Assembly: GCA_032250835.1 (NCBI GenBank)
Contig: JAVVEA010000002.1
Location: forward strand, 32,001 to 96,000
From: a bacterium
GTDB lineage: Bacteria > SAR324 > XYD2-FULL-50-16
Direction of reading: 5' to 3'
DNA length: 64,000 nucleotides
Below, in pieces: positions 1-10,214 of this stretch. Within the stretch, counting starts at the first letter, position 1, and every line of letters starts with the position of its first letter. The translations under genes and the position numbers were made by a program. The notes beneath the pieces were generated by a model that saw only the letters and a list, made by a program, of their open reading frames with translations, was not told the origin of the DNA and ran no database searches.

Positions 1-99
1 TTGCCGGCAAAGGATTGCCAAATACTTTTGTAGTTTCCCAAGAGTGTACAGACGCTGCCCAGCAAATTCGGTCATAAACCCTACCAAAACCGGTTCCAT
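1..99 (-). CDS. 5' part of a gene running off the left edge of the window (MEPVLVGFMTEFAGQRLYTLGKLQKYLAILCRQ...)
   Basis: ATG at 99-97 overlaps the TAA stop of the 604-aa gene (TAATG coupling); 33 open codons to the window edge; not in the ORF track. Confidence 0.5.
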   Translation of the reverse strand, partial: MEPVLVGFMTEFAGQRLYTLGKLQKYLAILCRQ

Positions 100-1913
100 T
101 ACCGCCCCTTGCGTTCTAAAGAAGCGCCAGGGGAGTAGAAATGAGGCAGGAATTCATGGACCCCATAGACCCGTACATCAGGAGTAGACAAGCTTTCTTC
201 AGGAATCAGCTGACCGGCTTCGATAAAATAGGCCATGTTGTCTTCTTCAACCTGTTTATAATTGACCGTTTTCCCCGGGTTTACATTCAGGTAGGGCTCG
301 TATTGAGACTCAATGCGGGGATACACAACATACTTAACCCCCGCTTGAAGCAAGTTTTGGGTGATATCCGCCTTGGAATCTTCCACATAGAGCGCTTTGA
401 GCGCATCATTGTAGAACTCGTTGGCACCGTACCACTCAAAAATTAAGTTTTTCGAAAAACTCGTATACCCCCAAGGCAAACCCGTCTTGCTGTGGCCGGG
501 CCAGACAGAACCAGGCGAGGGTACCAGCATGATCCGGTAGTCCATTTCATCCCGCCTCATCTGCTCATAGATCATTAGGTCGCTGGGGTCCACTCGGTTA
601 ACCTGCAGGCTCATAGACTGAGACCCCCGCGTAATTAGCGGTTGCGTGAGGTCCACCCCAAACCAAGGATACAAGTGCGTACAAACCAAAACCAGCCAAA
701 AACCCACCAAAACAATCCGACTCTTCGAACCTATATCCCAAAGCTCTTTGCTAGAAAGGGCCAGCATAAGAGCCCAGCTAAAAAACATCAGCGGAGAAAA
801 TCGCCAAACGTTTGAAAATGAAGAAAAAATAAGTCCAAAATTCGCGGAAAACCACTGGAAAAACCAAACACCAAAAGGAGTTTTGGTGCCCGTAATAAAC
901 AAGAATGAAAAAGCCAGCATGCCCAACGTCACGGCTTCAATGAGCCGCAGCCTGCGTTTACGCCATACAAAAACAAAAAGAACAATCACCACCAAACTCA
1001 ACAGACTGACCCAACGATGGATTTCCTCTAGAGCACCGTCCCCATAGTGGTTTGCATGTTCGGTGGCCATGCTGGTTAAATTGCTCAAGCCAAATAAGTC
1101 CCACAATTCCCAGGAACGATCTGCCAGAGACATCAAACGGAACTTTAGCTCTTCATCAAGGCTGTACCCAGTATGGACTTGGTAATCTGGGTTTCGCAGC
1201 GCCATGACAAACGGCAACAGCCAAAACAAATTCAGGAAGATAAAAAACCCTCCGGCGGATGCAAACTTCCCGGTCAGGCGCAGCTTGTTCCTTGATCTAA
1301 AAATAATGACCAAGCTGTAAGGAACGGCCAAAAAAGCAATTAATACCAAATTATTGGTCAGCAAGCTGGTAAAAAACAATGCCAGCATCAACCAAATCAG
1401 ATGGCCTATCTTTTCATCAGACTCCAGGCGACTTAAATAGAGCCAGACTAAAGGAAATACCGGAAAAACATATACTTGAAATAAATGCCCACCGATGAAC
1501 ATGGACATAATTCGAGGATTGAACATGTAGGGCAACGAGAACAGAACCGCAGCCCAAACCCCAACGCCCAAGTGTCGCAACAGAAAAAAGAAGCTGATCC
1601 CCGAAGCGGCCAGCAAGCCAACCATCAATAGCTTCGGCCCCAGGGTTGGACTCGACAAACTATCGATAAAATCGGCAATCAGCTGAAAAAATATCAATGA
1701 GTTAAAAGGTGACTCGCGCCCGCCAAAGAAAAATTCCTGCCAAACATAAAAGGAGCTCGACGTCAGTTTGCGCTGACCGTCCATATAGGGACTGGCCCCC
1801 CAGTCCCAGACACGCCCCATTACGCCTGCTTTGTTCACCACCTCCCACAATGCAGCCAACGACACAAAGCAGAGGACAAAAAGGGGAAGGATATTATTTC
1901 TTAGGCGGCTCAT
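99..1913 (-). CDS. Polytopic membrane protein, GT-C-like (YfhO/AftD-N-like) putative glycosyltransferase
   Basis: 604 aa, many hydrophobic segments, 'LPYMFNP', 'NLFWLLP', 'NVWRF' and C-terminal 'GVKYVV...FLPHFY', typical of YfhO/AftD-like membrane proteins. Confidence 0.6.
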   Translation of the reverse strand: MSRLRNNILPLFVLCFVSLAALWEVVNKAGVMGRVWDWGASPYMDGQRKLTSSSFYVWQEFFFGGRESPFNSLIFFQLIADFIDSLSSPTLGPKLLMVGLLAASGISFFFLLRHLGVGVWAAVLFSLPYMFNPRIMSMFIGGHLFQVYVFPVFPLVWLYLSRLESDEKIGHLIWLMLALFFTSLLTNNLVLIAFLAVPYSLVIIFRSRNKLRLTGKFASAGGFFIFLNLFWLLPFVMALRNPDYQVHTGYSLDEELKFRLMSLADRSWELWDLFGLSNLTSMATEHANHYGDGALEEIHRWVSLLSLVVIVLFVFVWRKRRLRLIEAVTLGMLAFSFLFITGTKTPFGVWFFQWFSANFGLIFSSFSNVWRFSPLMFFSWALMLALSSKELWDIGSKSRIVLVGFWLVLVCTHLYPWFGVDLTQPLITRGSQSMSLQVNRVDPSDLMIYEQMRRDEMDYRIMLVPSPGSVWPGHSKTGLPWGYTSFSKNLIFEWYGANEFYNDALKALYVEDSKADITQNLLQAGVKYVVYPRIESQYEPYLNVNPGKTVNYKQVEEDNMAYFIEAGQLIPEESLSTPDVRVYGVHEFLPHFYSPGASLERKGR

Positions 1914-1919
1914 CGGCGG

Positions 1920-2594
1920 CTAGGGCTGCTTGAGGGCGCGAACAATAACCGACCGCCCCAGGGTAGGGAAGAGCTTTGGAATCAGACGGCTATAAAGCGT
2001 CCCGGTGCCATTGAAGTTGAGCACATCAGAGATCAAGTCGCTCACCTCGAATCGGTTGTCCTCCAGGAGTTGCCTCATATCTTGATGCGTAAAGTAGCGG
2101 ATATGGCCGGCGTCATGTTCACGAGCGGTGTATTCGGTCATCGGATTTTTCCCGAGCATCAACATCAACCGCCGCCCCAAGGTCGCGATATTTGGGGTGC
2201 TAAGGATCACCTGCCCGCCATCTTTCAAAAGGGAACGTATCTTTTGTAAAAAAGCATCGGTATCAAAAACATGCTCAATGATTTCCCCGCCCCAAATGGC
2301 GTCAAACTGAAAGTCGAAGGTTGGCCAGTCCCCTTCTATATTGCATTCAACCACCTCAATTCCCTTCTGCCGAGCCATTTCAGCCGCCGGGCGGCTGTTT
2401 TCGAAGCCATAAACTTCGTTGCCTTGTTCTTTGATCCGTTGCGCGATGCTGCCATCCCAGCAACCAAGGTCCAAGACCCGCTTACCGCTTCCAATCAGTT
2501 GAAGTGCCAAGTCAATGCGGACCAAGCCAGAATCTTGGATCGGCTGCGGGGCCGCATACTTGGTGGAGTTAAAGTCGGTGGTTTCACGTGACAT
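1920..2594 (-). CDS. Class I SAM-dependent methyltransferase
   Basis: VLDLGCWDG motif I, 'GEIIEHV', 'LKDGGQVILSTPN', 'HIRYFT'. Confidence 0.9.
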   Translation of the reverse strand: MSRETTDFNSTKYAAPQPIQDSGLVRIDLALQLIGSGKRVLDLGCWDGSIAQRIKEQGNEVYGFENSRPAAEMARQKGIEVVECNIEGDWPTFDFQFDAIWGGEIIEHVFDTDAFLQKIRSLLKDGGQVILSTPNIATLGRRLMLMLGKNPMTEYTAREHDAGHIRYFTHQDMRQLLEDNRFEVSDLISDVLNFNGTGTLYSRLIPKLFPTLGRSVIVRALKQP

Positions 2595-2632
2595 AAGAGG
2601 CTAGCTCACAGTAGCGTTTCGAAAAGTTAAGA

Positions 2633-3814
2633 TTATCCTACAGAGGCCGAAGGTACTTGGCTTTCAATGATTGCCTTGGAAAAAATATCTTTCCAATTAT
2701 AGCTCTCCATGTACCTTAAGGCATTTTGCCGCATCTCACGGAACAATTCCGGGCTCTCAGCGATCTCTAGAAGCGCTTGAGCCAGGGATTCGGAAGTATA
2801 TTCTACCACCCTTCCCGCAACATTTTCCTCGATGTCTTTGGCGATTGGCGGCACGGAAGTGACCAAAGTCGGCAACCCGCAAGCGAGATAATCTTTGACG
2901 CGGCTGGGATCGGCCCAGGCCGAAAGGTTGCCTTGATAGGGTTTGTAGAGTGCCAGTCCCAGATCAAAATGGGGCAGTTTGGCCAAAACCTCGTCATGAT
3001 TCATCCGCCCCAGCAGATAAACACCTTCCCCTAAGGCTTGCAACCGGGGCTCATATGGTTCATAGGTCACCCCATCCTCGGACCGATCTTCTGGCGTTTT
3101 GCCAATGACGTAAAGTTCAATCTCGGGCAGCGCTTTTTTGAGTTCGGCAAAGGCTTCAATTACCAGATCCACCCCCTTGCTGGGTGCCAACGCGCCGAGA
3201 AGGACCAACTTAGTCGCACGTACTTTTGTCTCCGCCGCCGGGAGTTGGATTTTGTCAAACTCCACACCCACCGGGACCAGCAGGTTTTTAGACGGCTCAA
3301 GCCCTTGCTCAGCCCGGACCTCACAAATTTTTGGCGAGAGGTTCCAAGCCGCGTCGCAATGGTTGACGCAATATTGATCAATTAGGTGGTAGAATCGGTT
3401 CAGAACCGGATTTGAAAAGCGGGTAGGCATCCAATCGATGGTATAGAAGTAAACCCTCTCGACTCGGCCCAGCTTTTTAAGCAACAGTGCCACGAAACAG
3501 TTTAGCGGATCTACGCCCAAACAAACATCGTACTTCTGACCAAACCGAAGCCCCCAAATCAAGGTCAGCAGAGCATCACGGAGGTAGGTGATCAGATTCG
3601 GCAGGCGAGAGCCCCAAACTTTGCGTTTAAAGACCCAATTCCCTTGGTTCGTTCGCCCCACAGTGCTTGCGCGGTCCATGCAATAAGGCAGGGGGTGCAG
3701 CAGCACATCTACCGACTCGGCCTCACGGGCGAAATAGTCCACCGCTGCCTCGGTAGGCCCTGCCAGATCGGTAATATGGCTTACTATCAACACCTTCATA
3801 AACGGCCCAGTCAA
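2633..3814 (-). CDS. Glycosyltransferase family 4 (GT-B); start probably MKVLIVSH
   Basis: 'LGALAPSKGVDL', 'DPSRVKDYLACGLP', C-terminal 'YNWKDI'. Confidence 0.85.
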   Translation of the reverse strand: MTGPFMKVLIVSHITDLAGPTEAAVDYFAREAESVDVLLHPLPYCMDRASTVGRTNQGNWVFKRKVWGSRLPNLITYLRDALLTLIWGLRFGQKYDVCLGVDPLNCFVALLLKKLGRVERVYFYTIDWMPTRFSNPVLNRFYHLIDQYCVNHCDAAWNLSPKICEVRAEQGLEPSKNLLVPVGVEFDKIQLPAAETKVRATKLVLLGALAPSKGVDLVIEAFAELKKALPEIELYVIGKTPEDRSEDGVTYEPYEPRLQALGEGVYLLGRMNHDEVLAKLPHFDLGLALYKPYQGNLSAWADPSRVKDYLACGLPTLVTSVPPIAKDIEENVAGRVVEYTSESLAQALLEIAESPELFREMRQNALRYMESYNWKDIFSKAIIESQVPSASVG

Positions 3815-3872
3815 AGGGAATGACTCAATCTTGAAATTGATTCTGCCTTCTCAACCCCTTGCTGTAAAGTCT

Positions 3873-5378
3873 TTAGAAGGAAAGGACAGCACGGTATTTT
3901 TTGAATAGGTTAATCTCAATTTGGAATCGATACAGCCCGAACTTATAGCGGAAGCGACCTAACAGCGCAATCCCCTGGATCCCCAGCTGCCCAGCAAACC
4001 GGAAGGGCCAAGCTTTGGAGGTTTTTTCACAATACTCCAAAAACAACGCCCTCAATACTGATAGGTCCGTACTGATCAGAAACGAGTAAAACCAGATCGT
4101 GTTAACGAAGTCCGGGTCTTTGATCCAGGGGCTGATGTAGGGGTTATTCTCGGTCATGTCCCTCTGAACCGAAATGATCCACTCTTGAACCGTCGCGGGC
4201 ATGGTCAAGCCAGCTTCTGCGCACTTGTCGTACAGCGGGGAGCCCGGATAGGGTCGAAATATCTGGGGCCCAAGAATCCGCACGCCCGTATCGATCCGCA
4301 TCAATTTGCGGAACATTTCAAGGGTCTGCGCTACGTCATCCCGTTCCTCGCCAGGCGCTCCAATGATAAAAGAGAAAGTCGGTTGGATCCCCACGTCAAT
4401 ACAACGCTGAGCAGCACTGTAGACATCGTCGGACTTTATGCGTTTGTTGTAAATCTTCAACATCTTTTCGGAGGCCGACTCGGCACCCATCGCCAATTTG
4501 ATGCAGCCGCTGTCTTTGAGTCGCTGGAGCAATTCCTCATCTAAAATCCGCCGGAAGGTATCGGCCCGAATCTCTGCGGCCCAACTGAACTTTAGGTTGC
4601 GGGCCTCAATGGCGTCTAACAGTTCAGTTACCCTCTTTTTACTAACAAAAAAGTGCTCGTCCCAGAACCAAACAGTATTGGCCCCATATTCGCGGATTAC
4701 ATACTCGATTTCGTCAGCCGTACGCTCAGCATCCCAGGAGCGCCATTTATTGCTCCCCTCAATAGCGGAGTTGATGCAGAAGCTGCATTTAAAAGGGCAC
4801 CCACGGCTAGACAACACGCCGATGCTGCTTCCCTGGAAAAAATCAATCATCTTGGTGCCCAACAATCGATAGTTGATATGGGGCATTTCAGAATAATTGA
4901 AATCCTTATTCGGAGCATTAACCACTGGCCCGGCCTCGGCCAGATACCCAACGCCCAAAATACTGGAAGGGTCTTGCTGCGACTCTAAGGCGTTGATCAG
5001 TTCCAAGAAGGGCAACTCCCCCTCTCCGGTAATTACATAGTCAAACCACCCACTTTGAATGGTTTGCTCTGGGAACAGAGTGCCGTGCACTCCCCCCAAG
5101 ACAACCGGCCCTTCGAATCCACGTTCCTTACGAGAATAGTCCAAAATGGCTTCTACCGAAGGCAAATGGACGGTCATGGCGCTGATTCCAATCAAATCAG
5201 TCTCAGGCAGCAATTGATCGAGTCGTTTTTTCCAATCGCCTTCTACCGCGCAGTCCAACAAAGTTACCTGATGACCTTTAGACTCAATCCAACTGCCAAT
5301 ATGCAACAACCCAAGCGGTAGGTTGTAGGCGTCTCCGTCGGTGACTAAATACTCGGGATAGATAAGTAATATGCGCAA
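3873..5378 (-). CDS. B12-binding domain radical SAM protein
   Basis: 'PLGLLHIG', 'VVLGGVHGT', 'GEGE', SRGCPFKCSFC (CxxxCxxC), 'GAESAS', 'PYPGS'. Confidence 0.9.
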   Translation of the reverse strand: MRILLIYPEYLVTDGDAYNLPLGLLHIGSWIESKGHQVTLLDCAVEGDWKKRLDQLLPETDLIGISAMTVHLPSVEAILDYSRKERGFEGPVVLGGVHGTLFPEQTIQSGWFDYVITGEGELPFLELINALESQQDPSSILGVGYLAEAGPVVNAPNKDFNYSEMPHINYRLLGTKMIDFFQGSSIGVLSSRGCPFKCSFCINSAIEGSNKWRSWDAERTADEIEYVIREYGANTVWFWDEHFFVSKKRVTELLDAIEARNLKFSWAAEIRADTFRRILDEELLQRLKDSGCIKLAMGAESASEKMLKIYNKRIKSDDVYSAAQRCIDVGIQPTFSFIIGAPGEERDDVAQTLEMFRKLMRIDTGVRILGPQIFRPYPGSPLYDKCAEAGLTMPATVQEWIISVQRDMTENNPYISPWIKDPDFVNTIWFYSFLISTDLSVLRALFLEYCEKTSKAWPFRFAGQLGIQGIALLGRFRYKFGLYRFQIEINLFKKYRAVLSF

Positions 5379-5605
5379 GGGGTACCTTTGTTGTGTGCTG
5401 CGGTTGTCTATGAGGCCTAATCGGCAATGTAAACGGCTTCCGTTGAGCGCAACCCCATCCTTTTATCAGCACTGCCCAAGACAGGCAACCTTTCAAGAGA
5501 GAATAGAATAAGGGTTTTTAAACATAATATATATCTTTTGATAAAAACTCAACGTTTGTTTCACATCAATCCTAAGGGACCCCTAAAATTAGGCGCTGGC
5601 ACACT

Positions 5606-5634
5606 TTGACAAATTTAGGGGTGCAACCTAGTAT
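5606..5634 (+). promoter_or_regulatory. sigma70-type promoter for the 5658 methyltransferase
   Basis: TTGACA-N17-TAGTAT, 23 bp upstream of the ATG. Confidence 0.6.
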
Positions 5635-5657
5635 AGGGAAAACTAACCACGGGAACG

Positions 5658-6377
5658 ATGGACGAATTCAATCAACGGCAAAGCAACTATTTCGACCGCT
5701 ACGCCCAAACGCCCCAAGCAGAAGTCACCCAAAGCCCTGCGGACCAAATCGAATGGCAGGCCTTTAAAGCGGTTATCGGAGACCTGAAGGGCAAAAAGGT
5801 CTTGGATTTAGGCTGCGGTGCAGGTCGTTATTCGATCCGATGCGCTGAAGACGCCGAGGAGGTGATTGGAACCGATTTATCCCCAGTTTCCATTGAGTTG
5901 GCAAATCAAAATGCGGCCTCCCGAGGGCTGCAGAACATGAAAGCTTTAGTCTTTGATTTCAAAGAAATCCGCTGGGAACGTTACTTTGATCGGGCCATTC
6001 TGGTCAACATGCTGCACCACACTTCCGAAGCCGAGCAAATTTTACAGAACCTTTCCCTATCCCTAAAAGAGGATGGCTCTTTGGTCATCTTTGAAAACAA
6101 TTCGATGAACCCTCTCTTTATTCCTTTCTTCATCAAATTAGGCCAACTGGGCAGCCATTGGAGCCGCCAATACCTAAGAAGCAATCTGTTTTCTTTGAAA
6201 AAGCTGCTTGAGGCCAATGGCTTTGTCGTGGAAGAAATCCACCGGTATGGGTTCTTGCCGACGGGGCTCTACAATCGTTCGCTAGTTTTTAAAAAAATCA
6301 ACGACTGTCTAAACCGTATCCCGGTGGTCAATTGGTTCACCGCATTTTATATAATCCGCGCTCGCCCCCGCCCCTAG
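5658..6377 (+). CDS. Class I SAM-dependent methyltransferase
   Basis: KVLDLGCGAG motif I, 'GTDLS', 'NMLHH'. Confidence 0.9.
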   Translation: MDEFNQRQSNYFDRYAQTPQAEVTQSPADQIEWQAFKAVIGDLKGKKVLDLGCGAGRYSIRCAEDAEEVIGTDLSPVSIELANQNAASRGLQNMKALVFDFKEIRWERYFDRAILVNMLHHTSEAEQILQNLSLSLKEDGSLVIFENNSMNPLFIPFFIKLGQLGSHWSRQYLRSNLFSLKKLLEANGFVVEEIHRYGFLPTGLYNRSLVFKKINDCLNRIPVVNWFTAFYIIRARPRP

Positions 6378-6505
6378 GCCTGGCGAATGAGGTAAGCCAC
6401 TCACCCTCGGCGCAGAGGGAAACCACTAAAAGCCAAATGGACCCTACCTTGACTTGCCGCCCTCAATCTGACAAAGCTCGCAAATAACTTGACGCAAAGG
6501 CCGAT

Positions 6506-6709
6506 ATGACCCCCTTAAGTTCGCGTATTCTTGACCTGATTGCCTGCCCTGCTTGCAAAGCGCCGCTAGAGTATCAATCAGAGCAGTTAACCTGTAAGGC
6601 CTGCGCACTCCAGTTCCCCGTTATCGAAGGGAAGCCTGTGTTGGTATTGGAGCGGGCAACCAAATTGTCAACTGAAGGGGTAGACAGCCAACCCATCGAT
6701 GGGAATTGA
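6506..6709 (+). CDS. Trm112/YcaR-like small protein
   Basis: 67 aa, 'ILDLIACPACKAPL...LTCKACALQFPVIEGKPVLV' is the Trm112p pattern. Confidence 0.85.
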   Translation: MTPLSSRILDLIACPACKAPLEYQSEQLTCKACALQFPVIEGKPVLVLERATKLSTEGVDSQPIDGN

Positions 6710-7505
6710 AATGAGTTCGCTTTTAGCCAATACGTTTTTTTATCCCTACCAGGTTTTTTTCAAAGCCGAGAAAGCTGAAAACGAACAGATGATGGCCAAG
6801 CATGCTTCGGGCATCATCGGTGACCTCGGCTGCGGGAGCGCCAACTACAAGCCTTATTGTCTTTCGCTGGAAAAGGTTCAAGACTATATTGGGATGGACT
6901 ATCCTGTTTGGGGAGAGAATTTCAACCAGTCTATGAATCTGGCGGATCTAGGCGGTATTGCCAAATCGCTACTGCGGGCCTCGGCTCTGGGCGCCGAGGT
7001 TTATGTAGATGGAACCCAACTGGCGATTGGCAACAACAAATTTGATACGATCCTTTCACTAGGCGTATTAGAGCATGTCTTTAAATACGAAGCTTATTTG
7101 CGCGAAGTCCATAGGGTCTTAAAGCCCGGTGGGAAGCTGCTGATCACCACGCCCTTTTTATACCAAGCCCACGGCGGTGTGGACGGCGAAGATGACTACT
7201 TCCGATGGACCCGCTCGGGCTTAACCAAAGAGCTTGAATTGGCGGGATTTGAAATCGTTGAACGCGATACCTTTGGCGGCGTAGGCACCATGCTTTCTCA
7301 GTTAATCAACGGCTACCTGATCAGACTCCTCAATATTTACAAAGAAGAAAATAAGGCGTGGAAGTTAATCCGACTCGGGACAGCCTCCCTATTTGCTGCG
7401 CCGATCTTTTTTGGGGTCAATGCCGTTAGTTGGGTTTTGGACCGGATGAGTCGAGATGTCACCTTTGCTTCTGGCTACCGGTTTGTTGCCCAAAAACCCG
7501 GCTAA
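6699..7505 (+). CDS. Class I SAM-dependent methyltransferase
   Basis: 'DLGCGS', 'VLEHV', 'HRVLKPGGKLLITTPF', 'DYFRWT'; start may be 6711 (MSSLL). Confidence 0.88.
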   Translation: MGIEMSSLLANTFFYPYQVFFKAEKAENEQMMAKHASGIIGDLGCGSANYKPYCLSLEKVQDYIGMDYPVWGENFNQSMNLADLGGIAKSLLRASALGAEVYVDGTQLAIGNNKFDTILSLGVLEHVFKYEAYLREVHRVLKPGGKLLITTPFLYQAHGGVDGEDDYFRWTRSGLTKELELAGFEIVERDTFGGVGTMLSQLINGYLIRLLNIYKEENKAWKLIRLGTASLFAAPIFFGVNAVSWVLDRMSRDVTFASGYRFVAQKPG

Positions 7506-7780
7506 GTTAAGCAGCGGGTCTCGTAAGCTATCCGCATGCCTATGTTTGATCCCTTTGGGCGATTTGCAAGCCAGCCGCGAGCATTTTGGCTGCTTCCGGC
7601 TAGGTTTTGCAGGCCAGGATGGCTCCCAGGCAAAGGCTGTTACCGAACATTGTTGAATTTGACAGGAATCGGGCCCGAGTCTTGGTTTTTGAATATCCAA
7701 ACTTCTAACGGAAAGCCTTCACAATTAAGGTTTTTTCAGACCAACATAAATTTAACCGCAGCGCTCCAGGTGCATGATCT

Positions 7781-9160
7781 ATGAACAACCTACTAGTCAT
7801 TCCTCCTTCGCCAAATCACAGGCGAATTATTCGGAATATTGACTGTAGTCATGAAGCTAAGGCCGATTATTTATGGCAGCCTAACGACTTTTTGGTGATC
7901 AGCTCTTTAATGCAGCCTGAAGATCAGATTCATTTTGTGGACGGGACAGCAGATCGCCTGGATGATTCATCGTTTTATCGCCAATTCGAAGGAGAGAAAG
8001 CCGATCTCTTGTTTTTCCTTTTGTCCAGTGCCTGCTGGGAAACAGACGTGGCGTATTATAGAAGAACCCGAGAAAAATTCCCTCAAACCCCTTGCTTTGT
8101 TTTAGGTGATATTTTCTTAGAGAAATCTTATCAGGAGATTATCCTACAAGAATGCGAAGGGATTGTGATCCAGCCCTATTGGTTAGACCTAAAGGCAATG
8201 TTAGATCTTAGAGCAAAACCATCTACAGGCGCGGTGCCGGGAGTGATTACGGCACCGGGGCAGCAGGTGTTAGGTAACCCAACCAAACCAACTAGTTTTA
8301 GCGGCGGTTATCCGAGGCACGAAATATTCTTAAATGACAATTACATATTTCCATTTTCGGTGCATAAACGCCACGCGACCGTTACCTTGAGTTGGGGTTG
8401 CCCTTTTACTTGTTCATACTGCACCGATGCGCACTTTCCCCCTTCGGTTCGACAACCCGAAGATGTGCTGGCTGAGTTGGCCCATATAGATTCGCTGGGT
8501 GTAAAAGAGCTATTTTTTGCAGACAAGACCTTCGGCTTCCCTAAAAAAGTGTCTTTACCGCTACTTTTAGATATGGCTAAGCGCTTTAATTTTAGTTGGT
8601 CTTGTTATTTTCATCCTCAGCATTATGACGAAGAACTCTTTCAAGCTATGTGCGATGCTGGATGCCATACCATCATTATTGGTATCGATTCAGTCGATCT
8701 GGGTTCGTTAAAAGAATATCAAAGGACTGTTTCAGAGAAAAAGTTAACCAATTTGCTGGGCCACGCCAACCGGCAAGGGATTAGCATTTGCGCCGATTTC
8801 ATTCTTGGGCTTCGGCATGAAAGCGTCGAAGATGTCCGCAAAACCATCAATTACGCTTTGTCGCTTTCCATTGATTTTGCCTCCTTTAATATTGCGGCGC
8901 CCTTGCCGGGCTCAGTGATACGTCAAGAAGCGATTGAGGAGGGTACCTTTAAAGTTGGCGTAGAGGGATATGACACTAAAGGAGAGATGGGAATTATCGG
9001 CCATGGTAAAGCCGAGGCGGAACAAATCAGAAAACTACGCAACCGAGCAATCCTTCGCTTTTATATCCGGCCCTCTTACTGGCTCAGGAGATTAAAACGA
9101 ACTAAATCCCTAGAACATTTAGGGATTCAGCTGCGCCAAATGGTAGGACTATTCAATTAG
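7781..9160 (+). CDS. Radical SAM protein, cobalamin-dependent-type architecture
   Basis: SWGCPFTCSYC, 'FFADKTF', 'FILGL', 'PLPGS'; long N-terminal domain like B12-binding RS enzymes. Confidence 0.85.
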   Translation: MNNLLVIPPSPNHRRIIRNIDCSHEAKADYLWQPNDFLVISSLMQPEDQIHFVDGTADRLDDSSFYRQFEGEKADLLFFLLSSACWETDVAYYRRTREKFPQTPCFVLGDIFLEKSYQEIILQECEGIVIQPYWLDLKAMLDLRAKPSTGAVPGVITAPGQQVLGNPTKPTSFSGGYPRHEIFLNDNYIFPFSVHKRHATVTLSWGCPFTCSYCTDAHFPPSVRQPEDVLAELAHIDSLGVKELFFADKTFGFPKKVSLPLLLDMAKRFNFSWSCYFHPQHYDEELFQAMCDAGCHTIIIGIDSVDLGSLKEYQRTVSEKKLTNLLGHANRQGISICADFILGLRHESVEDVRKTINYALSLSIDFASFNIAAPLPGSVIRQEAIEEGTFKVGVEGYDTKGEMGIIGHGKAEAEQIRKLRNRAILRFYIRPSYWLRRLKRTKSLEHLGIQLRQMVGLFN

Positions 9161-10166
9161 AAAAAGGCCCGTCCAACATCGTTGGGCCCCCTGATTTTCG
9201 ATAGACCAAGTAAGGGAAGCCGCCAAGCAGCAGTACTATCAGCCGAACCAAAGTAAATAGGGTAAACATATCGGCTCCTGCTGACATCCCTGCCGATTGG
9301 AATAGGTACTCAAAGGCTAAATGACCTACACCAATCCCCGCCGGAGCTACCGGGATGATAGTAGATATTTCCCCAATCGGGACAACCGCCAACAGGTCGG
9401 TAAAGGCTCCGCCCTGAGACAGTTGGTCAATTAATAGCTTGAAACAAAGGACTTCTGTCAGTTGAATCATCAAAGACAACAAGAGCCCGAGGGCAAGAGT
9501 CTTTTTGTGATCTCGATATAGGGTGAAGGCGTTGTGCACTTTCAGCGTGATGCGGCTCGCCGGAAGTTTTGATAAAATCCGCTGAACCGGGTCTCTGTTC
9601 TGAGAAAACGGGAAGATAATCAACAACCCGCCCATTAAAAAAGCACAAATTAGCCCCGTTAAAATCTGCCCAGTTAACTCCCATCCGTCCCCAGCACCTT
9701 CGAAAGGCTGCATCACGAAAATCGCGAAACCAGCCAACAATAAAATGGCCAGAAGTCCTAATATCCGATCCACTAACAGCGTGGAAAAGAGCAGGCTTTT
9801 GGAGTGCTCAGGGTGCTCTTTCCTTATATAAAAGGCTTTAACCAGGTCCCCACTAATTGCGCCCGGTAAAAACGTAGAGAAGAAAATACTGATCCAAGTG
9901 ACCGATACGGCTTTACGGAGCTTCATTCCAATGCCTAGGGCACGCAACAGGCACCACCAGCGAACCATCGAAGGAAACACCATACCTAACAACAGGGCCA
10001 AAAAAAGGGCAAAAAACAAGCTGGGCCGATTTAATAATTCGGGGACGAGTCGGAGGTTCAGACGCCCTTGGGTAGTCAAATAGTAGAGCACACCAGAAAC
10101 GATGCTTACCTTGAGGGCAAGTAAAAATACCGACTTGATTTTTTCCATAATGACTACAATGAACAA
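9153..10166 (-). CDS. Lysylphosphatidylglycerol-synthase TM domain (UPF0104) flippase-like membrane protein
   Basis: 'RWWCLL', 'FFSTFLPGAISGDLVK', 'VDRILGL', 'IPVAPAGIGV'. Confidence 0.85.
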   Translation of the reverse strand: MFIVVIMEKIKSVFLLALKVSIVSGVLYYLTTQGRLNLRLVPELLNRPSLFFALFLALLLGMVFPSMVRWWCLLRALGIGMKLRKAVSVTWISIFFSTFLPGAISGDLVKAFYIRKEHPEHSKSLLFSTLLVDRILGLLAILLLAGFAIFVMQPFEGAGDGWELTGQILTGLICAFLMGGLLIIFPFSQNRDPVQRILSKLPASRITLKVHNAFTLYRDHKKTLALGLLLSLMIQLTEVLCFKLLIDQLSQGGAFTDLLAVVPIGEISTIIPVAPAGIGVGHLAFEYLFQSAGMSAGADMFTLFTLVRLIVLLLGGFPYLVYRKSGGPTMLDGPFSN

Positions 10167-10214
10167 GCAGCTTCATCGGGGCAGACCGTCTTTGATCACG
10201 GCCCAAGAAAGAGG

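Noticed and set aside
2580-2595. parS-like GGTTTCACGTGACATA at the methyltransferase start
   Set aside because: Only 13/16 match with one broken arm; explained by the codons for MSRET
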